Shown here in pieces: positions 1 through 13,183 of a stretch of 64,000 bases of DNA. The notes beneath the pieces were generated by a model, which was not told the DNA's origin, did no database searches, and saw only the letters and a program-made list of their open reading frames with translations. Position numbers and translations under genes: made by a program. This DNA is from Chrysomallon squamiferum (lineage: Eukaryota > Animalia > Mollusca). The stretch covers positions 2,790,001 through 2,854,000 of the forward strand of contig CM022672.1 in NCBI GenBank assembly GCA_012295275.1, given 5' to 3'. How positions within the stretch are numbered: position 1 is the stretch's first letter; every line of letters starts with the position of its first letter.

Positions 1-2777
1 CTGGGTGGAAATTCCTCCACCAGGTTGGCAAGAGGAACAAGACAAAAAATTTCAGGACAGGTATGGAAAAATTTTCATCAGTTAATTTATATGCCTTACA
101 TATTTCTGGAATTGTTTATTATGTATAACTTAAATATGTGATACAGGTATAAAAATCATCAGTGTTTAACTAAGGATGTATTTATTATTTTAGACAGTTT
201 ATGTATATGATTTCAGAATTTTTTTTTTTTTTTCCAGTGAATGTCTATCTGCATGTAATTCTGGTTTAGACATGTCATCAACATCTAGGTTACCTCCAGA
301 TCAAGCAGCTGAACCATCTCTGGATGTCAGCCCAGTGAAAAAGCAGAATGTGCTTCTTGGAAATAACAACAATATAGACATATACAACATTTTACGACAA
401 GGGGAGAGTTCAAGTTTTTCTTTACATTCCAGTGAAGATGCTTCTACTGACGAAAGTGGCTCATACAGTTTCATAGGTGGTGAAACTCAAAAGCCCCAAA
501 AAGCTGATGATGTGACCAACGATTCATTCAGTATTGAATTCAGAAACTCTGATACAGAAACAAATAACAATGACTCGGACCCATTTCAGGAAAATAATGT
601 CCCATTTGCAACATATCAACAACTTCCCGGTGTTCATAATATAGAGAAAAGTGACTCTTTTAGTATTGTGTTTGAAGATTCTGGCTGCAGAGATAGGAGC
701 AGCAGTGGAGTTATGTCCACTAGTCAAAAGAGTAGTAACATTTCTGCTGATACCCACTCTGCACACACTTGTTCAAGGGACCAATCTTTTTTCAATGAAC
801 AGGAGAATGAATCTCAACCACATGTATGCAAGTGTAATCATAAAAAACAAACTGAAGTATGTGTTCCCAAGTTGTACTTGTACATTCAGATGCAGCTTTG
901 CAAGAAGGAAACATTAAAGGATTGGCTAAGTGCAAACACTCTGAACAGAAACAGACCTCTTATTCTTGATATTTTCACTCAGATTGTGTGTGCTGTGGAA
1001 TACGTACATAGACAAGGACTGATGCACAGAGACTTAAAGGTACTGTGGTATTCTGTTTTAATTCTTGCCAGTTTAATTTTTGCATTGAATACAGTAATAA
1101 CACAGAAATAACATTTCTCTGGCACAGAATATGTATATATGAACAGCACTTTCATTTTCTGCTTTGAACTTGGTTAATTAATGCTAAAGACTGTACTAAA
1201 GAAGGTTGTTATTATTTTTTTTTTTTTTTTACATATAATCATATTTTATAGTAAAATTAAAAACCTGTATGTTTTTTCATTTAAATGAAAGAATATGTAA
1301 CTCTACAGTAAAAAAAAGTCTACCATCAGTTTGGTTGTAATTATTTACTAACAAATTATTTGAATGGAAAAAAGAAAAATAACTGCTTGTTAATTGTAAA
1401 TTTTTGAAAATATACATACTGCGATACAGGTACAACTTATAAAGAGAATACACACGGTCAGTTTTGTAAATATTTTGTTTGTACGTTTTATTTTATTTTT
1501 GATAGCTGATGACAGTAAGTTCAATAATGTATTCTTCTATGCTGACAATATAAATGTGAGATAAGTTCTCAGTTTCTGATAGTAAAGAAAGATTGTTATT
1601 CTATTTTTTAAATAACCTTCTTGGGTTACCTAAATTATATTATTATTTTGTTTAATTTTCAGCCGAATAACATTTTCTTTTCTGCTGATGATACAATAAA
1701 GGTTGGGGATTTTGGACTGGTGACACCACTTACAGAACAGGTCTGCAATACCAATACAGATTTTGGTAAAAATATTGCCAGACACACAGCTGATGTCGGG
1801 ACACAGCTCTACATGAGTCCTGAACAGGTAATATAAATAGTAAATCAATCCTTTTGAAATTAATTTACAATATTACATATAATCAAACACTGAATTTTTA
1901 TTAACATCATTATTGCTTTTATTCCAATCTTTAAACTGTTTTATAATTAAGCTAATGATTGAAATAACAAACACATAAAAAGAATAGCTACTCATAAGTT
2001 TTGACTGCAGTGCTGATAATTTCCACGTTTTAAATAAGTTAATATTAAATATAATTCCAGAATTGTATTATTATTTGGAAAAAACATGTATATATATATA
2101 TATATAAATATTTTATTTTAGATCAACAAAAAGCCATATGATCACAAAGTTGATATCTTTTCTTTGGGAATGATACTATTTGAGCTGCTATACCCATTTT
2201 CTACACAAATGGAACGTATTGAGACGTTAATGAACTGCAAGAAACAGAGGTTTCCAGAAAGATTTGAAAGAGAAATGCCTATTGAGGTAAGAAATGCAGA
2301 GCAAAATAAAATCCGAACCATTTTGTTACCTAGAGACATACTTTAGATATATATTTTTTTTAAAAAGGATCTCAGGTGTCTGTTATAATTTAGATTTTTT
2401 AATAACAGTAGTAACCTATACAAATATTTTTAGAAAGAGATGTGTTTTGTGTCACCCTATATTTTCTAATCTGAAATCATTAATTTTGAGTAATATTTAT
2501 CCAGTCTGAAAGCTTTGTTTTTCAGATTTCTACTCCTTCTATCTTTTTGATCATAATTAAGCAGGTCCCAAAATAAAAAAAATGTATTATATACTTTTAT
2601 ATGTTTTATATGTGTTTATTTCAGTGTAAATTTGTGAAATGGCTCCTGTCACCAGTGCCATCTGATCGCCCATCTGCCAGACAAATTCTTGACCATGAAC
2701 TTTTGAAGGATTTTGTGCCAAAAAAAAATGAAAGTCGATTTAGGACATTATCTGGAGGAAGCAGTTCATCAACGTAG
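1..2777 (+). CDS. EIF2AK3: eIF2-alpha kinase PERK, 3' portion (5'-truncated). Exons <1-60, 238-1039, 1663-1827, 2122-2286, 2625-2777
   Basis: All introns are GT-AG and phase-consistent. Translation gives [14 protein letters not shown] (PERK-type WLExPPxxWQE), a long Ser/Asp-rich kinase insert, [78 protein letters not shown] and C-terminal [13 protein letters not shown]; stop TAG at 2775-2777. Confidence 0.95.
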
Positions 2778-5711
2778 CATTTATGTGAAATGTGTAAAAA
2801 CTTTAAAATGAAGGAAAAGGACTGACAGTTACATTAACAAAATAATTCATTTGTTCTTGTTTATTTGTTGATTGTATATTGCGCATTTCCATTCCATTAT
2901 TAATTGAGGGATATCTAAGATGTCTTATCATAATTTCAAAATCTATTTTTGAACCAATTTATTTTTTTGAAAGTATATTTTCTTTGTTTTCTTCAGATAG
3001 GTTTAATGAACGCTATTATTATTAAAACATGAAATTGCAACATATGTTTCATTAATTAGACATGTTTTGCTGTATCTTCAACTAATTCATTAATTTTGTT
3101 GGTTAAAGTTTGTGTTCTTATTTTTATAAGAACTGCTCAATTTATTGGAAGTTCTTGACAGGTTCTTGTCTCGAAACTTAATTTGGTGGTGAAGTCACTG
3201 GAAAAAAGAAAAGAAAGTGTTGAAGTTGAATGTTTCAGTGATACATATTACTCTAACTGAAAAAAAGAACAATTAATTAACACTTAGTGAAAATAACACC
3301 AGAATTTGAAAAAACAAACATTTTTCAGTGTTAATGTAATACATTTTACCCCATGTACACACAAGTAGTGACAGTGGCAATGTTTTGTTAGAAATGATAA
3401 TTTTCATATTCTTTGTTGCATCTTAAGTCGTTAAAGCACAAATCATTCTGCACTGGTATATAACAATTAGCAAATTACACTGTTGAAAACATACAATTAT
3501 ACAAATTTATGTATGTGTGTGTTTTAGTTGGGTTTCCAGTCTTTCTGTTTCTCCACAATTGTTAATACTGGTAACGTTTCTTTTTTTCTTGGGTTTTTTT
3601 TGGTGTTTTTTTTTTTTTTATAAATGTATTAAACATTTAAAAAATGAATTAAAAAAACAAAACAAAAAAAACCATGAAATGTTTTTAAATAAATTATTTA
3701 ACATATTGATTAAGAGTTTTTGTTTGTATTTTTTTTTCTCTCAAACATGAAATATGTTATATATATCTATAGAGATTAATTATAAGTTGAACAATATACT
3801 TATACAATTAGCAAAATTGATATCTCAACTTTGGAAGTTAATTATTTGTTTCAAACACAGTTACTTGAATTGGATTCAGATGCTGAATTTTTGAAGAACA
3901 TCTCTGGCAGTCTTCTTTGACATTTCTTAGTGCCTCAACAGTGTGTGGACTAAACTGGGTAGCCAAATCTACCTGCAGTATAAGAGTGCGAGCTGAAATG
4001 GATATTTAATATATGGTTAATAGACACTGTTATATAACTTGGGGAGTAAATGCACCCTTTAGGGATCATGACAGGTTTAAGAAAATATATATATATATAT
4101 ATATTAGTTGGATGAATAACAGTTCAGAAAGAAATATTTTTTACTGAATATCAGTAAAGAAGATTCCTCATTATGAACTTGCTTATGATTGTCTTGAGTG
4201 ACTACTAATAATAAATAATAAAAATTAAAAATAATATATGTAAAAACAATAATTATATTAATCTGCTGCATAGAAATTACCTCTACTAACTACATTTTGA
4301 TTAAATAAAAAGAAACTGCTATTTTAACTTTCCATTAAAAATAGGAGAAATTACAGTTATATTTATGTTCAGATTTGTTAAATGGGCATAACATTATTAC
4401 TAAAAACCATGTCAATGAGCACCTAGCATTTTTTAATAAATTTATTATTATTTTTGCAAAGTATATTTTTCTTAGTAATTAACTAACAACTATAATTAAA
4501 TTACTTGACAATTTTTTCAGTTTCTCTTTTAATATATCCACTTCTCTGTTCATCTCATCAATCAGCGAGTCATTGTCTTTACCTTCAACAGTTACAGCAT
4601 TTGGATTTGATGGGAAAACACTGAAAGTACAATACATCTATTATTGTACACAACATTCATTTTAAAATGAGGAATGTATGAAAGGCTTATTATTAATTTA
4701 CTATTTGCAAATAATTTGTTTCTCAAGATTAAAATGAGAGAGAGAGAGATTAATTATGAAAATATGAAAACATCAAAGGCAAAAAAACAACATACAACCC
4801 CACCCCCTCAAAGAACACATAACTATATCCATTTAGTTTTTAATTAGCTGCAACGAAATAATCCATTATTTCAAAATAAATATCAAACTGTGTAAAATAT
4901 AGCAATATTTCATAAATAATAATAGATAAACCTTTTTGAACCATTTTGGTTATTTTCTTCCATTGCTATATTTTTTTAATTTAGTTCTATTTACGCTTTC
5001 GGATGTCGTCTGCACGTTTTTGATAACACGTGATAAAAGAAAAGTATTATTTAACCACCAAAGTTTTAATATTATAAATAATTATTTTTTAACGTTTTGA
5101 TAATTTAATTTGTTAAATATCGAATTTCTTTTTCTTTTTCACTAATAAATAAATAAATAAATAAAAATTAGAAAAATAACAAAAGTAAAAGTAACAATGC
5201 ATCTGCACCATTGTACTTCCGTTTATTGACTACATTGTTGATTTTTTAAGACCGTTAGTTCGAGCTGAGCCAGATGATACCAAATCTGTTGAACCATATG
5301 AATGTATCACCCTGACAACATATGTAATTATTAACGACAGTTTTGAGCAAGCCTGCACCTTTTTATGCATATTTGATGGTAATGGTAAAATAAATCAAGT
5401 TGTGTTTAGCGGCCTGTTGGTCCATTTTAGCTGAATCGTTACGGTCAATTTAATTTCAAGAATGTAATTTGTGAAGTTTCACAAGCGGGTTAGTTCGAAT
5501 TCAGTCAAAAAACCCCATATAGACTACATATATGTCTCAAAAAAAAAAAAAAAAACAATACAAAAAAAAAAAAAAACATGCTGAACAATAAAATATATGA
5601 CTTGTTGTAATTAGTTAGGATTAACTTTTTGTTCAGCAGAACAGTTTTTAAATTGTTATTATTAAAAATTGTTTTCATTTTTTTTATTTATTTATTTATT
5701 TATTTATTTTA

Positions 5712-5760
<49 letters not shown>

Positions 5761-5788
5761 TTGTTTGCTTGTTTGTTTCAAGAACAAA

Positions 5789-8700
5789 ATGGATAATGAA
5801 AATAATAATTTGGATTATAGAGACTGTCTTTCATTAAGTCTCAAGCAAGCATATGTAACTATGAACAAATTGAATGCTACCTGCAGAAAAATTTCTGCTG
5901 CCAAAGCTATCTTATTAATGAAGCATGACCAAGTGAGACATGAAACTGACAGTTTGATACGCCGTTTGTCTGCAAAACTTGCTTCTATGCATACTAATCT
6001 AGAAAAAGAAATTTTAGATGTTGTAACATGTAAGACACAGTATTTGGATAACTGGGAAGAGCATATTTTTGAGAACATCTGCAAGATTGGAGAAGTTTGT
6101 ATTGAAGCAGAAAATGCTTTGAAAATTGAGAATGAGGCAGTTGCTCAAAGAAATGCTGTGATTTTGATAAATAAATTGGAAATTCTTAGCCTGAGAGAAC
6201 TTGATTCTGATGATGATTCATTCTTTGAGAATTCCGTGAACATCAGGTTTGTTCCAGGAGTAATTCAAGAGATTATGGAAAAATCCACACTGGGAAGCTT
6301 ACAGATATCTAATGAAGATAAAAAGGCAGATGTTAGTAAAGTAAATAAGACATTACAGACATCAGCAGAATACATAAATGGTACACCTTCAGAACTGAAG
6401 ACTGCAGAAAATCCAAACTTTGCATATGAAGATGAGGAATCAAACACAAGCAAATCATCCTCAGCAAGATATTTATCACCCAAAAAATTTGCTAGAACAA
6501 ATTCATTAAGTAAACCATATGGTGTTAAGTTTCCTAAACAATTACCTCATGGACGAGGCCGAAGCAGATTCAACTCTGTTTATTATTGGTCAAAAGACAG
6601 CAAAACCGTCAAAAAACCAGGTCATTTAGGGCACGTTGACTTTTCTAAATTCTGTCAGCTGAAGATAACACATTCATCAGATGACCACATTCCCCTTCAA
6701 GAGCCAAATACTATAGAGAGCGCTTCGAAGAATGTCAAAAGTGAGAAAATCGCTTCAGAAAGTGAAAGAAATGAACAGCATGTTGGACAATCCACAAAAA
6801 CAGTTAGTGAGTCTTCTTCAACAACATCTGATAAATCACAGTTGAAAGTACAGACCAATTCAGTTTCTGGTTCATTATTTTTTCAGAATAGTCAGTGTGC
6901 CGAAAATGAGTCACAGAAATCATCACATCCAGGAAAAGCTTCATCACAAACATCAGAATCAATTTCTGGAGTTTCTTCTGCATCTGAAGCCTTTGATGGT
7001 GCTGCAGAAATCAAGAAAAAGGAAGATGACAATTGTAATGAAACAAAGCCTTTTGCTAACACCAGTAATGTTTCTTCTCAGAAATCTGATGAGCCTTCAA
7101 GTTGTTCAGACAGTTTGGAAGACAAAATAATACCACCATTAGCTGTAATGAACAAAGCAGAAATAACCGTTACTTCACAATCATTTCAGAAGAATGAAGC
7201 AAAAGAACAAGATATTTTATCAGCTTCAGCTGTGGAATGTTGGAATGGTGTTTGGGATAAAAACATCATTCACAAAGTCAAGAATGAACCACAGATAACT
7301 TTGCAGAACAGTTCTTCAACCAAAGAAGAACTCAAGACATACAGTGAAAATCAGCCTGGAAATCTAACAATCAAACAAGAGCCTGAAAGCGTCATATGTG
7401 GAAAGGAAAAGGAAACTGAAGTATTGAATGGAAGTTCAGAAAAGCAAACTTTATTAGAGGCTTCAAACAAAACTGATTCCAAACTGACTGAGTCCACCAC
7501 ATCTGGATTAATGGAAAACATGTGTGAAAAGACAGCGGAAATAAAACAAGAGATGACACTACCAGCTGTTCATTGTGAGGATATTCAGAACAGCATGACT
7601 GTTCAAACAACCACTGTGAATAAAGTTGCTGTAAAATCATGTCCAAATAACTCTATTCCAAATAAAACAAATGAGGTGGTTACTTGCTCAGAGGATGACA
7701 GTTCACCAGGAGAAAACAAATTTCTGGAGGCAGACAGCTCAAGCAGTTTACCATTGTCAGAATCTGATGATAAAGGCATCCTCAGAAATCCATCAAATGC
7801 AGAAGTGTCAGAAGACACCATAAAGACAAGTACATCTGACGACAAAAGGCAATCTCAAATAGATCTTTCACAACTGATTGGTGAAGAACAGAATCTAAAA
7901 GGTGAGTTTGGAATTCATAGTGTTTGTAGATGTTAACAGAAACAAGATTAATATATTCTAAATAAAACGTTCTGATTGATAAACTATTATCATATATTAT
8001 TATTATTATTATTATTATTATTTTTATTATCATCCTCAGATATTTTCTGCTCTTTGAACATATTTTTTCAAAATATAATTTTAAATTTCCAGATACTTTT
8101 TGTTAATTAATTGTTCTGTATTATATATTTTGATTCTTTTTAAATTTCCCTAGTGTCTTAATAGTTTTTCAATTTTACTGAAGTCATCCAGCTGAAGCAT
8201 GTTGCACAAATTGGACTACCAACAAGAGGATACAACCGCAGACCACTGTTTCAGTTCCCAATTGGTATAACAAAAAACAGGCATGATGAAGTTATTATCT
8301 GTGATACTGGAGCGGCTATCATCAGAGTTTTTAGATACAACTGTCTGGTTTTTTCAATAGAAGAAGGATTAGTGAGTTTTGATATATATGACTGGCAAAG
8401 AGATAGAGAAAAAGTGCGAGAGAGTGTGTGTGTGTGTGTTTGTATGTGTCAAAAAATCAGTTTAGTTACTGTTTTGTTGCTTTCTGTTTTTTATTATTAT
8501 TTTAACTATTTTTGCATGGAGGGTGCAAATTCATAATTATTACTATTTTTTAATTACTATCGGAGAAGGAAAATTTAATTCAAACACTAATTTACAGTGT
8601 TGATGATTAAAAACGAAACAGAAAAAGGCATGCATTTCGAATTTCTGTTATGAATAAAAAAAATTGCATTTTATTGATTCAAAAAACATCTAATTTGTAC

Positions 8701-10687
8701 ATGTGTACCTGCATTGTAGATATCTGAAATTCAGTTAAAGCAGTGATCATCTACATTTATGATAGATTAATAACCATATGCATATGCTCATCCTTTATCA
8801 GCACAGAGAGAAATTTGTGCATCCCTCTGCTGTTGTGGTCAATGACAATGATGCCATATTTGTGAAAGATGATCGTGCCATCCATGTCTTTGACAGAGAT
8901 GGAACCCCGCTGGATATCATAGGAATAAATGTACTGAAAAATCCATATGGTAAGATGTGAGAGAAAAAATATCTTCATGTAAGATTTACCTTGTTCAATA
9001 TTTAAAGTTAATTTTAACCTTACTAGTATTAGAATACTAAGTGATTTAAAAAAAAAAATAAAATAAAAATAAATTAAATGAGTAGTTTAAGCCCATATCT
9101 TAAGATTTTTAAAAATCGTTATAATAATAATTAAAAGTAAAATGTGATTGACAGTTTTACCTTCAGCAAGTGCTAAGAAAGTTTTTTTAACATAATTTGT
9201 CATCTCTGCTCATTAATGAATTTGTGTAGAGGATTTTTTATTTTTTGCAGGTTCACTATTAGGTGGTGTATTTAATAAGCACTAAATATTTGAACAGTTT
9301 CATATTCATTCACAGGACTTGCTATGACCCAGGATGGAAAGCTGGTTGTACTAGATGTTTGGAAAAAACGGCCAACTCTTTATCTGTTTCATCAGGATGG
9401 AAGGATAGCATCATCTCCACTTTTCACTCCACTCATACCTCCAAAATATGGCTCAAAATGTCGTTTTATCTGCCTCTTTGAAGACAAGTTACTTGTCAGT
9501 GACCTGGGTGAATATTTCTGTATAATATTTGTTTTTAAATATAAATATTTGTTTCACTGAATAGGTACAATTTTCTGTACTTTTGTTCTGTTAAGTTTCC
9601 CAACATTTTTTTTTCCCCACTTATTTTTTTATTTTTAAGCACATATATCAATAAAACTAAATGTTCATACTTTGATGAAACTGAAACATAATTTCAAAGA
9701 ATAGAACTGTTAAAACAGTTGTGTAAAACAATCATAAAATTTCTTCTCATTTTGTGAATTTTTTTTTTTTCATGAATAATCATTTGATAACAGCAGAGCA
9801 GAACTGATGGACATTTTTTCCCTTGAAAATAATCTTAGAACTTGTTACAGGTAGATACATGTTTGTCTGAATGATGATATGCTTTCAGTGCTTTGCTTTT
9901 TTGATTTAGAATCTGAATGATGTATAGCTGTACATGTTGCTTACTGTTAGATATTCTTAATTTTTTTTTTTTTCAGATCTCAAATGCAGTATTTGTGATT
10001 GATTTTTAGACTATTCTAGCTAAAAGTTTCATCATTATGTAATTTTAAAAGCTACAATGTATTCTTTATATCCTTCATCAGGTCTCAGTTTGATTTACCT
10101 TGTTAATCTGGAAGGTAAATTGCTTTCTATATTTGGCTCTTTTGGTAATGAGCCTGGCTGCTTTAATCAGCCATCTGGCATCACAGTGGATTCTGTAGGA
10201 AACTGGGTTGTGGCTGACAGCAAAAACAACCGACTACAGGTTTTTCATTTCAAATCCACTTCAGAGAGATTTTATTTATTTTTTTATTTATGATTATTAT
10301 TAGTTTTACTTTTAATTTTTTTTTTTTTTCTTGCTTGCATAAATGTCTGATTTTTTTTTTTTTCTGTTTTGTTTCAATTTTTTTTTTTTTTAATATTTTA
10401 TTTAATTTTAATTTATAAAGTTTGTTGTTAGACTCTGTGGTTTTACTTACCAGCAGAGATAATTATTTTACTCTGTTAATTTTTATTTTACATTTTATTT
10501 TCTACTTTTTTTTTTTTCTTTTTTTTTTTAACTTTAGGTTTTTACACCAGATGGAAAATTCATGTGTCTAGTGAAGCTGTCACATCCCGTACACCGACCT
10601 TCTGATATTCATTTGACCTCTGAAGGACAAATCTATGTTGTCAACTTTCTCTATCATGTTGTTAGTGTTTATCAAATACAACAATAA
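5789..10687 (+). CDS. TRIM-NHL-like protein, 982 aa: N-terminal coiled coil, long S/T/E/K-rich linker, C-terminal NHL beta-propeller. Exons 5789-7901, 8184-8371, 8802-8949, 9316-9507, 10082-10239, 10538-10687
   Basis: Acceptor AG at 5781-5782, ATG at 5789; five phase-consistent GT-AG introns; total 2949 nt (983 codons). NHL repeats: FQFPIGITKNRHDEVIICDTG, FVHPSAVVVNDND, NPYGLAMTQDGKLVVLD, FGSFGNEPGCFNQPSGITVDSVGNWVVADSKNNRLQVFTPDGKF, HRPSDIHLTSEGQIYV. The ORF-track N-terminus from 5669 is an intronic (TAT)n read-through. Confidence 0.88.
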
Positions 10688-10948
10688 ATTATTATTTTGA
10701 AGTAATTAGCCTACAGTAAAAAATTAAACTCATTTGAAAATGAAAATTAAAAAATGGAAATAGTATGTCTTAGTGCTTCAGCTAATCGACATTCGACATT
10801 TAAAATGTGACAGATTTGTTATTTCTTGTGCTTTGGTCTTTACAGATGTTTTTTGTTTTGTTCTTGCTTGTAATATTTATTTTTCATTTCATTTGTTTGT
10901 TAGATTCTGCTGTAGTATTAAGTATTTTATTATTTTTTTCCTTACTGA

Positions 10949-10960
10949 AATAAAAATAAA
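10949..10960 (+). terminator. Candidate polyadenylation signals (tandem AATAAA) of the NHL gene
   Basis: Two adjacent AATAAA about 260 nt after the stop, followed by T/GT-rich sequence. The AT-rich background makes this uncertain. Confidence 0.45.
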
Positions 10961-11339
10961 TATTTAAACTTTTTTATTGGTATTTTTACTAGTATAATTT
11001 ATATTTAGAGGAGTGTATTTTTATTTGCTTTAGGTAAAATATTTATTTTCATAGTTCCATAATATTACTTTTGTTTTTACTATTATTTCATTATTGATAT
11101 CATTGTTGTCATTATTACAGTTCAGTGTCATCTTTGCTTCTGTTACTGTGTGTGTGTGTTTAAATATTTGTTATAATGTCTTCACCAAATATGAACTCAC
11201 TTTATGCAGCAATACATATTTAGCTAATTCCTATTTTATTTTGTTAAAGTGGATATTTGAAACTTCACTATTTATAATCTTTATTTACTGGGTCTACATT
11301 TCTGTAAACTCTTCTTTTTTATCATTTAGAGCAGGCTCT

Positions 11340-11415
11340 AAGGCTCTTGTTAGAGCACACATCCAAGTTGTGATTGGTAGTAGAATCAATCCTCCTTAAT
11401 TTCAGCTATTTCTTG
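11340..11415 (+). mobile_element. Decayed SINE-like repeat fragment (head region)
   Basis: Aligns by eye with the reverse complement of 46904-46965 (GAATCAATCCTCCT...GCTATTTCT vs GGATCAGTCCTCCT...GCTGTTTCT). Recalled resemblance to an abundant gastropod tRNA-derived SINE, not verified. Confidence 0.4.
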
Positions 11416-13183
11416 TATCAACCATAGTTCAACTTGTGTATTTAGTTCATTTTTTTTTTCGTTGTCATTTTTCTTTTATAGGTATGTGTACTGCTATAAA
11501 ATATTTTATTTATGTAATGAATTCTTTTTTTCTTTCTTTCTTTTGTTTTCAGTTTTGAATTCAGAAATAAAATAATTTATTTTTAATTTGTTTTTGTTTT
11601 TTAAAATGTTATTTTAATTAAATCGTCTTATTGTATTATCCTTAAACTTTAAATGTATTGTGCCAATATATTCTAACCTGTAGAATAACAAGATGACAAC
11701 AACAAAAATACCAACAGAAAACCCAAACAAAAACCCCACAAAGGTCATGCTCTATATAATATAATAAAGAACAAAATATATATTGGTTTTTGGAAATGGC
11801 CACTAATAATAATAATAATAATAAAATTAAGCAGTAACCAGCCTTGAATCCATCCACTACATACGGTTTCTATTGGATATATTAATATGGACCAATGATG
11901 TTTTTAAAAATAAAAATAGGAAACTCATGTTTCACAAGTTGAATCTTTTTTGTTTTAACGAAAAAGTGAAAAATTAATTTTTAAATAATTTCCGTATATG
12001 GCCGGTTGACAGACCTTTAAATTTTATTTTTCAATTCTCTATTGTAAAAATTGGTATCGAGGCAATCATTCAAATAACGTGATCAGTTTGCTTTTTACAT
12101 ATAAATACTACCTCTAATGCATTGAAAATGGAAATAAATATTATTTTAAAAAAAGAAACAATTATAATGGTTTCAAATATTGTTTTAGAACTACGTACTC
12201 AGAACTGTCCGGTATGGAGTTTTAGCAGAGTAACGTTTCCACATTAAGGCACATAATGAGAATAGTCATCTTCATATTCACGCGCCAGTGTCTGTGAAAA
12301 TTAATTATTTTATTTTATTTTATTACTATTATTATTATTAATTTGATTTTTTGGGGGGGCTTTTATTTACAAAACGGGTACGAGTTTTATGATGTCAAAG
12401 TTACCAAAAAAGAATTTATTAATTTTTTAATAGATATTTATTGATTAAATGACATGTTTCCCATGTAGAATTGATTGCAGTATGAATAAATACGTTTTTA
12501 AAAATTTGTAAACACTGGTCGACGTTCGACGCTCCCATCTTGGATTTCAATCGGAAGTTTCGGTGAGCTAACGAATGTTTTTAAACTTCCAAATTCAATT
12601 ATTTTACGTCTATTTTCTGAACGTTTTATGATTTACACTGATAAGGATAAGGATGGTTTTTCTTATTACCAAACCATGATGATCTGCGCTTTTCTGAACT
12701 ACTTTTTCACCTTAATCAAACTTTTCAAAATGGATTATTTTTGTACAAATGCGTGCATAATAAACTAAAATTATAATTCGGTATAAGATTAATGTGTTAA
12801 CTTTTCTAACTGGCAATATTTCCCATGTCAAAACCCAACAGAAAAGAACATTCCGGTATATTTCGCACTCATTAAATTCTGGAGGCTTTTTCCGGTGACG
12901 TTATTTATGGAGTTACTAGTTATCGTTCCTGTTGGTCCTGTTATTTGTATTTTGTTTAAAAAACAAACGAACGAACGAACAACAAATACAAAAAAAAAAA
13001 CATTTGGAATCCATTTCAGAGAGCTGACATTTCGAGAAGTATTTTATTTTCATTCGTGCTGTTACTCTGATTTTTAAATATATTTTAATGTTTTATTAAT
13101 AATAATTTATTAAATAATTTTCAGTGACGATTAATATACGTTGAATCAACTGATCATTCTTATATTCTTAATAAGCCTTAATT

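Noticed and set aside
238-870. Long Ser/Asp-rich insert within the kinase domain as a novelty
   Set aside because: A large kinase insert is an established feature of PERK and other eIF2-alpha kinases.
5669-5788. Hydrophobic poly-Leu N-terminus of ORF 5669-7936 as a signal or TM segment
   Set aside because: It translates an intronic (TAT)n tract upstream of the acceptor at 5782. The real start is probably ATG 5789.
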